Part shown: positions 37,331 through 46,069 of the stretch, piece by piece
Layout of the letters: every line of letters starts with the position of its first letter
How positions within the stretch are numbered: the first letter of the stretch is position 1
Source of the DNA: an uncultured Bacilli bacterium
GTDB lineage: Bacteria > Bacillota_I > Bacilli_A > RF39 > UBA660
DNA length: 53,275 nt
Direction: 5' to 3'
Assembly (NCBI GenBank): GCA_934098375.1
Contig: CAKOOC010000004.1
Coordinates: 1-53,275, forward strand
The notes under the pieces: model-generated
Database searches by the model: none
The model's input: only the letters and a program-made list of their open reading frames with translations
Told to the model about the DNA's origin: nothing
Program-made: the position numbers and the translations under genes

Positions 37331-39083
37331 TACCTTTCCATCTTTCTAATACATTACAGTTACTAGAATATGGTAAAGGATTAGGCATATCCATTTTAAT
37401 TAATAATGGAATTTTGAAGGCACTACCAAATGAAACCAAAGTTCCCGGCTGTAATGAATTTAATTTTTCAATAATATCAGTCGAAACATTCGGAAGCATT
37501 TTTTCAATATACTCTAAATCTTTTGGATGGGTCATCTTAAGTATTAAGAAATTACTCATCTGAGCAACAACCGTCTCAGAAATATCTACCGGTCTTTGAC
37601 TGATAAGATCTATTATAACACCATATTTACGTCCTTCCTTACTAATTCTTTCAAAAATGTTATAACCAAGCAAATATTTATCATTATCACTAGTTACATA
37701 TCTATGAGCTTCTTCAATAACTAGATGAAATGGAATTGACGCACGCATTTTTCTTGACTTAGCAAAATCAAAAACCATCCTTGAAATAACCTTAACAAAT
37801 ACTTTTGCTAAATTATCATCAATATCTTCTAAATTTATATTAATAATTTGGGATCTTTTATTTCCTTTTAATATTAAACTAGAAATAAATTGTTCTAAAT
37901 TCAGATTAACTTTAACATCAAAATATTCTTTATTTTTACTATTAATAATTGAATGCAAACGCACCTTTAATATAATAGCAGAATCTTGCATAATTTCATT
38001 ATCCAAAAATCCTTCGCCAATCAAAGTAAAATCTAATGCCTTAGCAACATCATCTAAAGTAAAATAAGTATTTTTAGGTATTTCTACGCTTGTTTCTAAA
38101 TTTTCGTTATAATACTTAGAAATAAACTCATTAATCATTACACTTTCCGAAAACTCCCCTTTAGAGTCTATTTTAAAACAATCTGTAAGCTTTCTCGTGT
38201 ACCCAATACCTTGAAGTGTTGTATTCATATTAACTTCATCAGTATAACAAGTTGTTAATATTTTAAATATATTATTCTTTTTAGCATTAGATGATTCATT
38301 ACTAAATAATACAGCTTGCATCGCTCTAACAATTAAATGATTTTTAAGTTTACTAGTTTCATCATTATTAATACTAAATATTTTTGTAAGTTTAAGCATT
38401 CTTTCTATAATTGTAAGTTGGCTATGATTTTCTGCATTTAAAAGAAGTGCAAAATCATCATTCGTAAGTAAATATGGTGGTATTTGTAATAACATGTCAT
38501 CACTTTCCGTTGGATGAGTTGTCATAAACTTATACTCATAATTAGGATTTATTTGATTTAAATTTCTAAAAGCATTTTTATATTCCCCATAAGCATCAAA
38601 AATAAGTAAATTTGCATTATAAGATATAAAATTAGGATTTAAAAATATATTTTGAATAATACGTGATACAGAACATGATTTACCACTACCAGAATTACCA
38701 AAAATTGCTAAATGATTCGAAAACAAATCATTAATTTTCGCATATATTTTTCTATTTTCATAAAGTGGACTATTACCAATATATAATGATTCCATATCAT
38801 TACGTCCCATTATTATATCTAATTCTTCATTATTTATTACTCTTAAATTACTATTTAAAGTTGGCTTTTTTATTGTTCCTACAATAAAGCGGTCGCCAAC
38901 AAATTCACCTAAAAGCTCGATATGCACAGATGTATCATCTACTGATTTTACTTCACCAAGTAATCTACTATTTTCTGATTCAAAAACAACATGTAAATTC
39001 ATTAAATTAGTAATTACATTTCCTTCTTTATTAAACTCAACAACAGCTGTATTATCACTAATATATTTAATTTTTCCAAACAT
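37320..39083 (-). CDS. HerA/DUF87-like ATPase
   Basis: N-terminal barrel-like region (GKIKYISDNTAVVEF..LLGEV), Walker A AIFGNSGSGKS, Walker B FHLVIEEAHRY, ISQRPVDIS..SNFLILKM. AAGGGA SD before ATG 39083 (track start is TTG 39092). Confidence 0.7.
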   Translation of the reverse strand: MFGKIKYISDNTAVVEFNKEGNVITNLMNLHVVFESENSRLLGEVKSVDDTSVHIELLGEFVGDRFIVGTIKKPTLNSNLRVINNEELDIIMGRNDMESLYIGNSPLYENRKIYAKINDLFSNHLAIFGNSGSGKSCSVSRIIQNIFLNPNFISYNANLLIFDAYGEYKNAFRNLNQINPNYEYKFMTTHPTESDDMLLQIPPYLLTNDDFALLLNAENHSQLTIIERMLKLTKIFSINNDETSKLKNHLIVRAMQAVLFSNESSNAKKNNIFKILTTCYTDEVNMNTTLQGIGYTRKLTDCFKIDSKGEFSESVMINEFISKYYNENLETSVEIPKNTYFTLDDVAKALDFTLIGEGFLDNEIMQDSAIILKVRLHSIINSKNKEYFDVKVNLNLEQFISSLILKGNKRSQIININLEDIDDNLAKVFVKVISRMVFDFAKSRKMRASIPFHLVIEEAHRYVTSDNDKYLLGYNIFERISKEGRKYGVIIDLISQRPVDISETVVAQMSNFLILKMTHPKDLEYIEKMLPNVSTDIIEKLNSLQPGTLVSFGSAFKIPLLIKMDMPNPLPYSSNCNVLERWKGNEN

Positions 39084-39125
39084 ACTTATCAATCCCTTTA
39101 TTATATATTAAGTATACCATATCAT

Positions 39126-39152
39126 AAAAAAAAGATAAATATAGATTATCTT
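39126..39152 (-). terminator. Hairpin plus U-run insulating the HerA promoter from upstream transcription
   Basis: - strand AAGATAA-loop-TTATCTT followed by a T-run. Confidence 0.5.
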
Positions 39153-39170
39153 AATTTTCTATAATAATAA

Positions 39171-39557
39171 ATGGATCTGACGATGTTAGAGGTAATTCCA
39201 AGTCTTATCATATTGCTTTTAAAACAAGTTCTCACAAAAAAAGAAGAATATAAGGCCTTTGAGACTATTTTGCATACTGGCCAAGGTTCCGTTTATTCTT
39301 CAAAGAAATTCAATGAATCTCTTCCTCTTTATAATATCATACATTCTATGTCCAAGCCAGGTTCTCCTACTGAAAATGGTGCTATGGAAGCTATTAATGG
39401 TTGGATTAAGTAAGAATTATTTTATGATTTTAAAATTAATTCTGTTTCCAATATTTACAATGAAATCGATAATTATATTTATTATTTCAATCATGAAAGA
39501 CCTCAATCTGTTTTATTATATCTTACCCCTATTCAATATAAAGAATTATATGCTTAA
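39171..39557 (+). pseudogene. 3' remnant of an IS3-family transposase (orfB C-terminus)
   Basis: ILHTGQGSVYSSKKFNESL..IIHSMSKPGSPTENGAMEAINGWIK, then an in-frame TAA, then ELFYDF..IDNYIYYFNHERPQSVLLYLTPIQY. This is the DDE integrase C-terminus pattern (H-S/T-D-QG mutated to HTGQG). The catalytic N-terminal two thirds are absent. Confidence 0.75.
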
Positions 39558-39593
39558 TTGTCTACTTTTACTTGACTAATGCAAAACATTAAT

Positions 39594-39634
39594 TAAATTT
39601 GCTATGCCTTTATAGCAAATAAAAAGCTTTGCTT
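39594..39634 (-). terminator. Tandem hairpins after gatB
   Basis: - strand AAAGC-AAA-GCTTT, then TTTGCTAT-loop-ATAGCAAA, each followed by U-rich sequence. Confidence 0.5.
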
Positions 39635-39651
39635 TTCACAAAACTTCTTAA

Positions 39652-41076
39652 TTATAATCTTTCGTTTAATATTTCTTTTACTTTAACAGGATTAGCTTTA
39701 CCTCTAGTTTCTTTCATAACTTGTCCTACAAAATAATCAAATAAATTACTTCTTCCATTATGGAAAGCCTCTCTTTGTTCCGGATTGTTTTCGATAATTT
39801 TATCAATTATATCGCTTAACGCTCCATCATCACTCATCTGAGACATGTTATGAGTTTTTATTAATACACTAGGTTCTTGCTTTTCATCTAGACATAAATA
39901 AAATAATTCTTTACCTTGTTTAGAAGAAATAATCCCTTTATTTATTGCATCAATTATTTCCTTTAAAAGTCTAGGTGTCAAATAAAAATCTTTTATATTC
40001 ATATATTCCTTATTTAAATAACCTATAATTTGTGAAGAAATCCAGTTAAAAGCTGTTTTAGGAACTACACCTAAAGAAACTAACTCTTCAAAATAATTAC
40101 TTAAATCAATATCTCTTACGATTGTTTTTGCTTCTCCTTCAGTAAAACCATATTCTTTAATATATTTAATTAATCTTACATTAGGTAAAACTGGTATTTC
40201 TTTTTTTATTTCTTCTAAATAACTTGTTTCTATTTTTATGCGAGGAATATTTGGTTCTACAAAATACTTATAATCAACACTATCAACTTTCGTACGCATT
40301 CTTATCGTAGTATTTGTACTTTCATCATATCTTCTAGTTTCTTGAACTAATTCTTCAATTCCTAAATCAAGTGCTTCCGTTTGTCTTTTTACTTCATAAT
40401 TAATGGCTTCTACAACATGAGAAAATGAGTTAATATTCTTAATTTCTACTTTTGGTGTAACATACTTTCCTTCTTTATTTTTTAAATTAATATTAACATC
40501 ACATCGTATTTGGCCTTTTTTCGTATCAGCTTCAGAAATATCACAATATTTAAAACTATTCGCTAAATATTCTAAAAAGGCTACTGCCTCTTCCCCACTA
40601 TGTAAGCAAGGTGTTGTAACTATTTCAATTAAAGGAGCTCCGCACCTATTATAATTAATAAGTGAATATGTATCATAATGATCTAATGATGCTGTATCTT
40701 CTTCTAAATGAATATCATGAATATAAACCGTGAAATCCTTGCCATCGGCATATAAATCAATCTTTCCATTAATTCCCACTGGCTTAGTAACTTGTGTAAT
40801 TTGAAAACCTTTAGGTAAATCTGGATAATAATAATTCTTACGATCAAATAATAATTCATCAGGTTGTGTGCATCCTAACACCATACTCATTTTTAAAGCT
40901 TTTCTAACCGCTTCCTTATTTAAAGAAGGCATAATTCCCGGAAAAGATAAATCAATTTCATTGGCATAAATATTAGGCACTTCACTATAAGAATTCTTAC
41001 TAGGTGAAAATACTTTTGAATTAGTTTTAAGAGCGCAGTGAAGTTCTAATCCAATAACTGTTTCATATTTACTCAT
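39652..41076 (-). CDS. gatB: Asp/Glu-tRNA amidotransferase subunit B
   Basis: YETVIGLELH, DLNR-like core (INYNRCGAPLIEIV), C-terminal GatB/YqeY domain. Operon order gatC-gatA-gatB. Confidence 0.95.
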   Translation of the reverse strand: MSKYETVIGLELHCALKTNSKVFSPSKNSYSEVPNIYANEIDLSFPGIMPSLNKEAVRKALKMSMVLGCTQPDELLFDRKNYYYPDLPKGFQITQVTKPVGINGKIDLYADGKDFTVYIHDIHLEEDTASLDHYDTYSLINYNRCGAPLIEIVTTPCLHSGEEAVAFLEYLANSFKYCDISEADTKKGQIRCDVNINLKNKEGKYVTPKVEIKNINSFSHVVEAINYEVKRQTEALDLGIEELVQETRRYDESTNTTIRMRTKVDSVDYKYFVEPNIPRIKIETSYLEEIKKEIPVLPNVRLIKYIKEYGFTEGEAKTIVRDIDLSNYFEELVSLGVVPKTAFNWISSQIIGYLNKEYMNIKDFYLTPRLLKEIIDAINKGIISSKQGKELFYLCLDEKQEPSVLIKTHNMSQMSDDGALSDIIDKIIENNPEQREAFHNGRSNLFDYFVGQVMKETRGKANPVKVKEILNERL

Positions 41077-42505
41077 TTTGGCCTCCTAATTTAAAATCAA
41101 TCTTTTCTTCTAATGCAGCTGCAATGCTAAGAACATTCGCATCATCTAAAACTTTACCAGTTATATTAACTCCTATTGGCATATTATCTACGTATCCATT
41201 TGGAATAGTAATTGATGGATAACCTCCAAAATTAGCAATTGCCAAGTGATTTTCTAAAACAGCCCGATTCGTAAGCACTTCGGATGCTTCATCAATTAAA
41301 GGAGCACCCATTCCACTAGCCATCGTAATAAAACCATCATACTCTAAAAATAATTCGTTAAATTTATCAATAATTTTTCTTCTAACTTTACAAGCGTTAA
41401 GATAATATCTATCTTGATTTTCCTTTTGTAAAACATAACTACCAATTACTAATCTTCTTTTAATTAAAGGACTAAAAGAATTAGTGCGATAATCTTTAAC
41501 CATCTCATTAATATTCTTTCCATTTCCTCTAGGTCCATAAATTATCCCGGTATACATTGATAAATTACTAGTAGCTTCGGCGCAGCTTATTACAACATAA
41601 GTAGGATAAATAGCATTTAGTAATCTTTTATCAATAGATATTTCTGTAACGCTTGCACCCATTTCTTTTAAAATATCAAGAGTATCATGAAATTTATTAA
41701 TGCTAGCTATAAGGTTTTCACTAGGATTTTCATAACTATTTACATTACATAATTCTTTTATATAAAATAATTTTTTGCCGGTAATATTAGTATTTATTTT
41801 CTCTGTTAAATTTTGTAAATTTGGTAGTGCTGTCATATCTTTGCCATCAACACCTTTTATAGCATCTACGACAATAGCAGCATCTTTAACATATCTTGTT
41901 AAAACACCTACATGATCAAGAGAAGACGCAAATGGAAAAACTCCAAATCTAGAAATCATTCCATAAGTGGGTTTATATCCTACAATACCACAATAAGCCG
42001 CCGGTTTTCTAACTGAGTCCCCTGTATCAGTTCCAAGAGCAAAAGGTACTACTCCATCTGCCACCGCTGCAGCTGACCCCGAAGAAGATCCCCCGGCTTG
42101 ACATTTAAGATTTATTGGATTTAACGTTACACCTGTATGAGCAGTTGTACCAGTTCCTCCTAAACCAAATTCATCACAAGTTGTCTTACCAATTAAAACA
42201 GCACCTGCTTTTTTTAATCTTTCAATAACTGTTGCATCAAAATATGGAATATAATCCTTTAAAGCATTGCTTGAACCCGTCGTAAGAATATTTTTAGTGC
42301 TAAATAAATCTTTAGCAGCATAAGGTATTCCACTAAGTATGCTAAGATCATTTTCTTTCCATTCTGGTTTATCCAAAATAGTCACAAAATCATTACATTT
42401 TTTATTTGATAAATAAGCAGCATCTATTGCTTTTCGTATTAGTTCATCATTACTAAATCTTTTTTCATCTAGTTCTTTTCTTATATCTTCAATTAAACTT
42501 CTCAT
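41069..42505 (-). CDS. gatA: Asp/Glu-tRNA amidotransferase subunit A
   Basis: Amidase signature GGSSSGSAAAVA, GTDTGDSVRKPA. Overlaps gatB and gatC. Confidence 0.95.
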   Translation of the reverse strand: MRSLIEDIRKELDEKRFSNDELIRKAIDAAYLSNKKCNDFVTILDKPEWKENDLSILSGIPYAAKDLFSTKNILTTGSSNALKDYIPYFDATVIERLKKAGAVLIGKTTCDEFGLGGTGTTAHTGVTLNPINLKCQAGGSSSGSAAAVADGVVPFALGTDTGDSVRKPAAYCGIVGYKPTYGMISRFGVFPFASSLDHVGVLTRYVKDAAIVVDAIKGVDGKDMTALPNLQNLTEKINTNITGKKLFYIKELCNVNSYENPSENLIASINKFHDTLDILKEMGASVTEISIDKRLLNAIYPTYVVISCAEATSNLSMYTGIIYGPRGNGKNINEMVKDYRTNSFSPLIKRRLVIGSYVLQKENQDRYYLNACKVRRKIIDKFNELFLEYDGFITMASGMGAPLIDEASEVLTNRAVLENHLAIANFGGYPSITIPNGYVDNMPIGVNITGKVLDDANVLSIAAALEEKIDFKLGGQNE

Positions 42506-42807
42506 GCGTTTTCGCCTCCTACAACTTTAGGAACCTTTATCTCCCTGCCATCAACATCTTTAGCATTAGAAAGTAGCTCATCAATTGTACTTCCTTCTTT
42601 TGCTTCATCTTCCCTAAGCGTTGCCACATAAAAATCATACGGCATAAATGCTGGCGTTACATCACTTAAGTCTAAGTTATTAATTTGATTAATATTTTCA
42701 TTAATTACATCAAATTCATCTAATAAAGCATCCGCTTCTTCATCTGTCAAACCGATTAATAATTTATCGGCAAACTTAATAATTTCATCTTTTGTAAAAG
42801 TTTTCAT
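42502..42807 (-). CDS. gatC: Asp/Glu-tRNA amidotransferase subunit C
   Basis: 101 aa. LRED pattern (ATLREDEA), position directly upstream of gatA. Confidence 0.85.
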   Translation of the reverse strand: MKTFTKDEIIKFADKLLIGLTDEEADALLDEFDVINENINQINNLDLSDVTPAFMPYDFYVATLREDEAKEGSTIDELLSNAKDVDGREIKVPKVVGGENA

Positions 42808-42820
42808 ACTCCTCCTAAAC

Positions 42821-44083
42821 TTACATATGCATATCTAAATAATCAACTAAATCATTAATAGCAACTTTTTCTTCTTCTTTAGTGCGGTTATCTTTAACAT
42901 TAACCTTCATATCCTTTAAATCCTCATCATTAAGAATAATTAAATATTTAGCATTAAATCTATCAGCTGATTTAAATTCCCCTTTAAGCCCCTTATTTAA
43001 TAAATCAGTTTCCGTAATAAAGCCATTCATTCTTAAATTTTGAGTTAAATAAGCAGCAGTTTCTTTTTCTCCGTTAGATACATACATAACATATGCGTCA
43101 ATTGAATCATTAATAGGAATATTTATTCCTGATGCTTCTATAGCAAATAAAGTTCTATCATATCCCATTGCAAAACCTACTGCTGGTACTTTTGGCCCAC
43201 CTAGTACTTCCATAAGTCCATTATAGCGTCCCCCGCCACCTAAGGCTAAATCTCCATATTCTGGCACGTCAGCATAAACCTCAAAAACTACATGATTATA
43301 ATAATCAAGGCCTCTAACAAGTCTTACATCTTCCTCATAAGATATTTCTAATAAATCCAAATATTCTTTTAACTTATTATATCTATTTAAACTTTCTTCA
43401 TTTAAATAATCTATTGTCTTGGGAGCATTTTTAATAATATCTTTATCACCATCAATTTTGCAGTCCAATATTCTAAGCGGATTTTTTTCTAATCTTTCCT
43501 TACAATCTTCACACAAATCATTAATATGTGGTTTTAAATAATTAAGCAAAGCTTCACGGTAGTTGTTTCTTGATTCCGCATCTCCTAAAGAATTAATTTT
43601 AATCTTAACCCCATTTAAACCCATTAACTCATAAGTTTGATAAGCAAGACTGATAACTTCTAAATCTGCAAGTACGTCATCAGAGCCAATAAGTTCTATC
43701 CCGAACTGTGTAAATTCACGCATTCTTCCTGCTTGAGGTCTTTCATAACGGTACATTTTCTCATTATAATAAACTTTAATTGGTTCAGTCATATTACCAT
43801 ATAATTTATTTTCTAAAAACCATCTAGCCACTCCTGCCGTACCCTCTGGTCTTAAAGTAATTGCTCTATCCCCACGATCTAAAAAATCATAAGTTTCCTT
43901 AGATACCATATCTGTAGTTTCTCCAACTGATCTATGAAATAATTCAGTTGCTTCAAACACTGGCGTTTCAATATAATTATAGTTATATTTTTCACAAATG
44001 CTTCTTATAATATCATTTAAATACTCCCTTTTTTTAGCAAGCACTCCTGATATATCATTTGTTCCTTTTTGTTTAGTAATCAT
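42821..44083 (-). CDS. hisS: Histidine--tRNA ligase
   Basis: GTNDI, LRPEGTAGVAR, YRYERPQAGRMREFTQFG, GGGRYNGL, AVGFAMG motifs. Confidence 0.95.
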   Translation of the reverse strand: MITKQKGTNDISGVLAKKREYLNDIIRSICEKYNYNYIETPVFEATELFHRSVGETTDMVSKETYDFLDRGDRAITLRPEGTAGVARWFLENKLYGNMTEPIKVYYNEKMYRYERPQAGRMREFTQFGIELIGSDDVLADLEVISLAYQTYELMGLNGVKIKINSLGDAESRNNYREALLNYLKPHINDLCEDCKERLEKNPLRILDCKIDGDKDIIKNAPKTIDYLNEESLNRYNKLKEYLDLLEISYEEDVRLVRGLDYYNHVVFEVYADVPEYGDLALGGGGRYNGLMEVLGGPKVPAVGFAMGYDRTLFAIEASGINIPINDSIDAYVMYVSNGEKETAAYLTQNLRMNGFITETDLLNKGLKGEFKSADRFNAKYLIILNDEDLKDMKVNVKDNRTKEEEKVAINDLVDYLDMHM

Positions 44084-44203
44084 AGTTCCTCCTTTTAAAA
44101 ATACAAATAATATTTAAGGTAAATTATCGTTCATAATTACCTTAAAATTACTTGTATAATTTACTAATCAAAACGCTATTCACGTTATTAATTTCTCTAT
44201 TAA

Positions 44204-44232
44204 ATTTTACTTTAATTAGCCTTTTTTGTCAA
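44204..44232 (-). promoter_or_regulatory. Sigma-A promoter of hisS-gatCAB
   Basis: - strand TTGACA, 17 nt spacer, TAAAAT. Confidence 0.6.
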
Positions 44233-44284
44233 TCAATGGAAAACCTGCCAATTTTCCAAAATCAAAATATTTCTTTTTGAGAAA

Positions 44285-44315
44285 TTAAAAACTTAAGATA
44301 TATTTACCTTAAGTT
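44285..44315 (-). terminator. Rho-independent terminator after metG
   Basis: - strand AACTTAAG-10 nt-CTTAAGTT followed by UUUAAUUU. Overlaps the stop codon by 1 nt. Confidence 0.6.
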
Positions 44316-45949
44316 TAATTTAATTCGTGTTCTTCCTTAAATTTTTCTTCATCGATTCTATTAAAAAGCATTCTTAAATTATTGATTTTAATGTCACCCT
44401 TAATGCTTTCTTCTTCCCATTTAAATTCATTTAGTGAAAGCATATCTTTAATAAGAAGTGATGAATTTGGCATTATAGGTGCAATTAAATTAGCAATATT
44501 AGCAATAATATATGCACAAGTATAAGTAACATTATTAAATTCTTCTATATTTTCTTTTGCTAAAATCCAAGGTTCTTTTGTATCATAATATTTATTAGCA
44601 TCAGTAACATAATCAATTAATGCATTAGCCGCACTTCTAAACTCACCTTTAGAAATAAGATTTCCCATTACCTCATATATTTCTTTGGTTTTCTTAATAA
44701 TATCTTCATCTATTTTAGCTTCTTTAATAACACCATCAAACTTTTTATTTATGAAAGATAAATTACGATTTACAAAATTACCAATAACTCCTACTAAAAA
44801 TTTATTGTGAACTTGAACAATATCTAAAAGTGAGCAATTAATGTCTTTTACCTCTGGACCATTGGCAATAAAATAATATCTAAGCGTATCAACATCAAAC
44901 ATTTCTAGAAGTTCATTAGCCGTTATTAAATTACCCTTACTCTTACTCATTTTTTCTGAGTTTATATTAACATAAGCACTACTAATCATATAGTCAACTA
45001 AACGGTAATTTTTATTCATACCAGCCACTAATGCTGGATATATTACTGAGTGAAAAGGAATATTATCTTTACCATGAACAAAATAAACCTTTAAATTTTC
45101 ATCATCATTATTCATAAATTCATCAAGCTTTTCGCCTCTAGCATTTAAAACTCTATTAGCGTCTGATAAATAGCCTAAAACAGCTTCAATCCAAACATAA
45201 ATTCTCTTATCTTCATAACCCTCAACTGGAACTTCTATTCCCCAATCAAGTTGACGTGTTGCAGCTCTATCGATAAGCCCCATATTTAAATACTTATTTG
45301 ATTCTCCATAAGCATTCTTTCTCCAAATATCTTTATGACTTTCAATAAGTTCTTTTAAAACATCTGTAAATGCAGACAATTTAAAATACAAATGTTTATT
45401 GTTTTTTAAAGTAACTTCCTTGCCACATGTCTTACATTTTTTATCTAATACTTTATCACTATCTAAAGATGCTAAACATTCATCACATTGGTCACCCGTT
45501 GAAACGCCGCCACAAATCGGACACTTTCCTACAATTTCACGGTCAGATAAAAAAGTTTTACAGTTTTCGCAATAATCTTGAAGAACCTCTTTTTCATATA
45601 TATAGCCATTATTATAAAGAGTTAAAAATACTTCTTTAACATATTTTTTATGTTCTTCATCCATAGTTGCAGCATATAAATCATAAGTAAAGCTTAACTT
45701 TTCAAAAGTTTTCTTAAATTCATTATGATAAAAGTTAGCAATTTCAAAAGGCGTAGTTCCCTCTTTTTTTGCTCTTTCAGTTATAGGTGTTCCATGGCAA
45801 TCAGAACCTGACACATATAACACTTCATCACCGCATCCCCTAAAATATCTTGCTAAAATATCTCCCGGTAATAATGCTGCTAAATGTCCAACGTGTAAAT
45901 AATAATTTGCATAAGGCCATGCTCCCCCAATTAATATCTTCTTTTTCAT
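44315..45949 (-). CDS. metG: Methionine--tRNA ligase
   Basis: PYANYYLHVGH (HIGH), zinc knuckles CPICGG..CDEC and CKTCG, KMSKSKGN (KMSKS). Confidence 0.95.
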   Translation of the reverse strand: MKKKILIGGAWPYANYYLHVGHLAALLPGDILARYFRGCGDEVLYVSGSDCHGTPITERAKKEGTTPFEIANFYHNEFKKTFEKLSFTYDLYAATMDEEHKKYVKEVFLTLYNNGYIYEKEVLQDYCENCKTFLSDREIVGKCPICGGVSTGDQCDECLASLDSDKVLDKKCKTCGKEVTLKNNKHLYFKLSAFTDVLKELIESHKDIWRKNAYGESNKYLNMGLIDRAATRQLDWGIEVPVEGYEDKRIYVWIEAVLGYLSDANRVLNARGEKLDEFMNNDDENLKVYFVHGKDNIPFHSVIYPALVAGMNKNYRLVDYMISSAYVNINSEKMSKSKGNLITANELLEMFDVDTLRYYFIANGPEVKDINCSLLDIVQVHNKFLVGVIGNFVNRNLSFINKKFDGVIKEAKIDEDIIKKTKEIYEVMGNLISKGEFRSAANALIDYVTDANKYYDTKEPWILAKENIEEFNNVTYTCAYIIANIANLIAPIMPNSSLLIKDMLSLNEFKWEEESIKGDIKINNLRMLFNRIDEEKFKEEHELN

Positions 45950-45976
45950 TATAAAGCCTTCTTCCTAATAAATAAA

Positions 45977-46005
45977 ATTATACCATAATTTAATACCTCA
46001 TACAA
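45977..46005 (-). promoter_or_regulatory. Sigma-A promoter of metG
   Basis: - strand TTGTAT, 17 nt spacer, TATAAT with TG extension. Confidence 0.55.
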
Positions 46006-46010
46006 TAAAG

Positions 46011-46042
46011 AAAAAAAGATAAACAGTTTCCCATATTATCTT
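46011..46042 (-). terminator. Rho-independent terminator after aspS
   Basis: - strand AAGATAA-13 nt-TTATCTT followed by UUUUUC. Confidence 0.65.
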
Positions 46043-46069
46043 ATATTTCCCATCAATATGTACAATATT

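Noticed and set aside
39259-39579. ORF 39259..39579(+), 106 aa
   Set aside because: It is an alternative frame across the IS3 transposase remnant. The frame with transposase-like translation is the 39171 frame continued past an in-frame stop, and this ORF's product is Leu/Ile/Phe-rich noise.
44084-44314. T-box upstream of hisS; also checked upstream of metG (45950-46069)
   Set aside because: The leaders are only about 115 nt and 30 nt long, and neither contains the conserved T-box sequence or a specifier-loop context.
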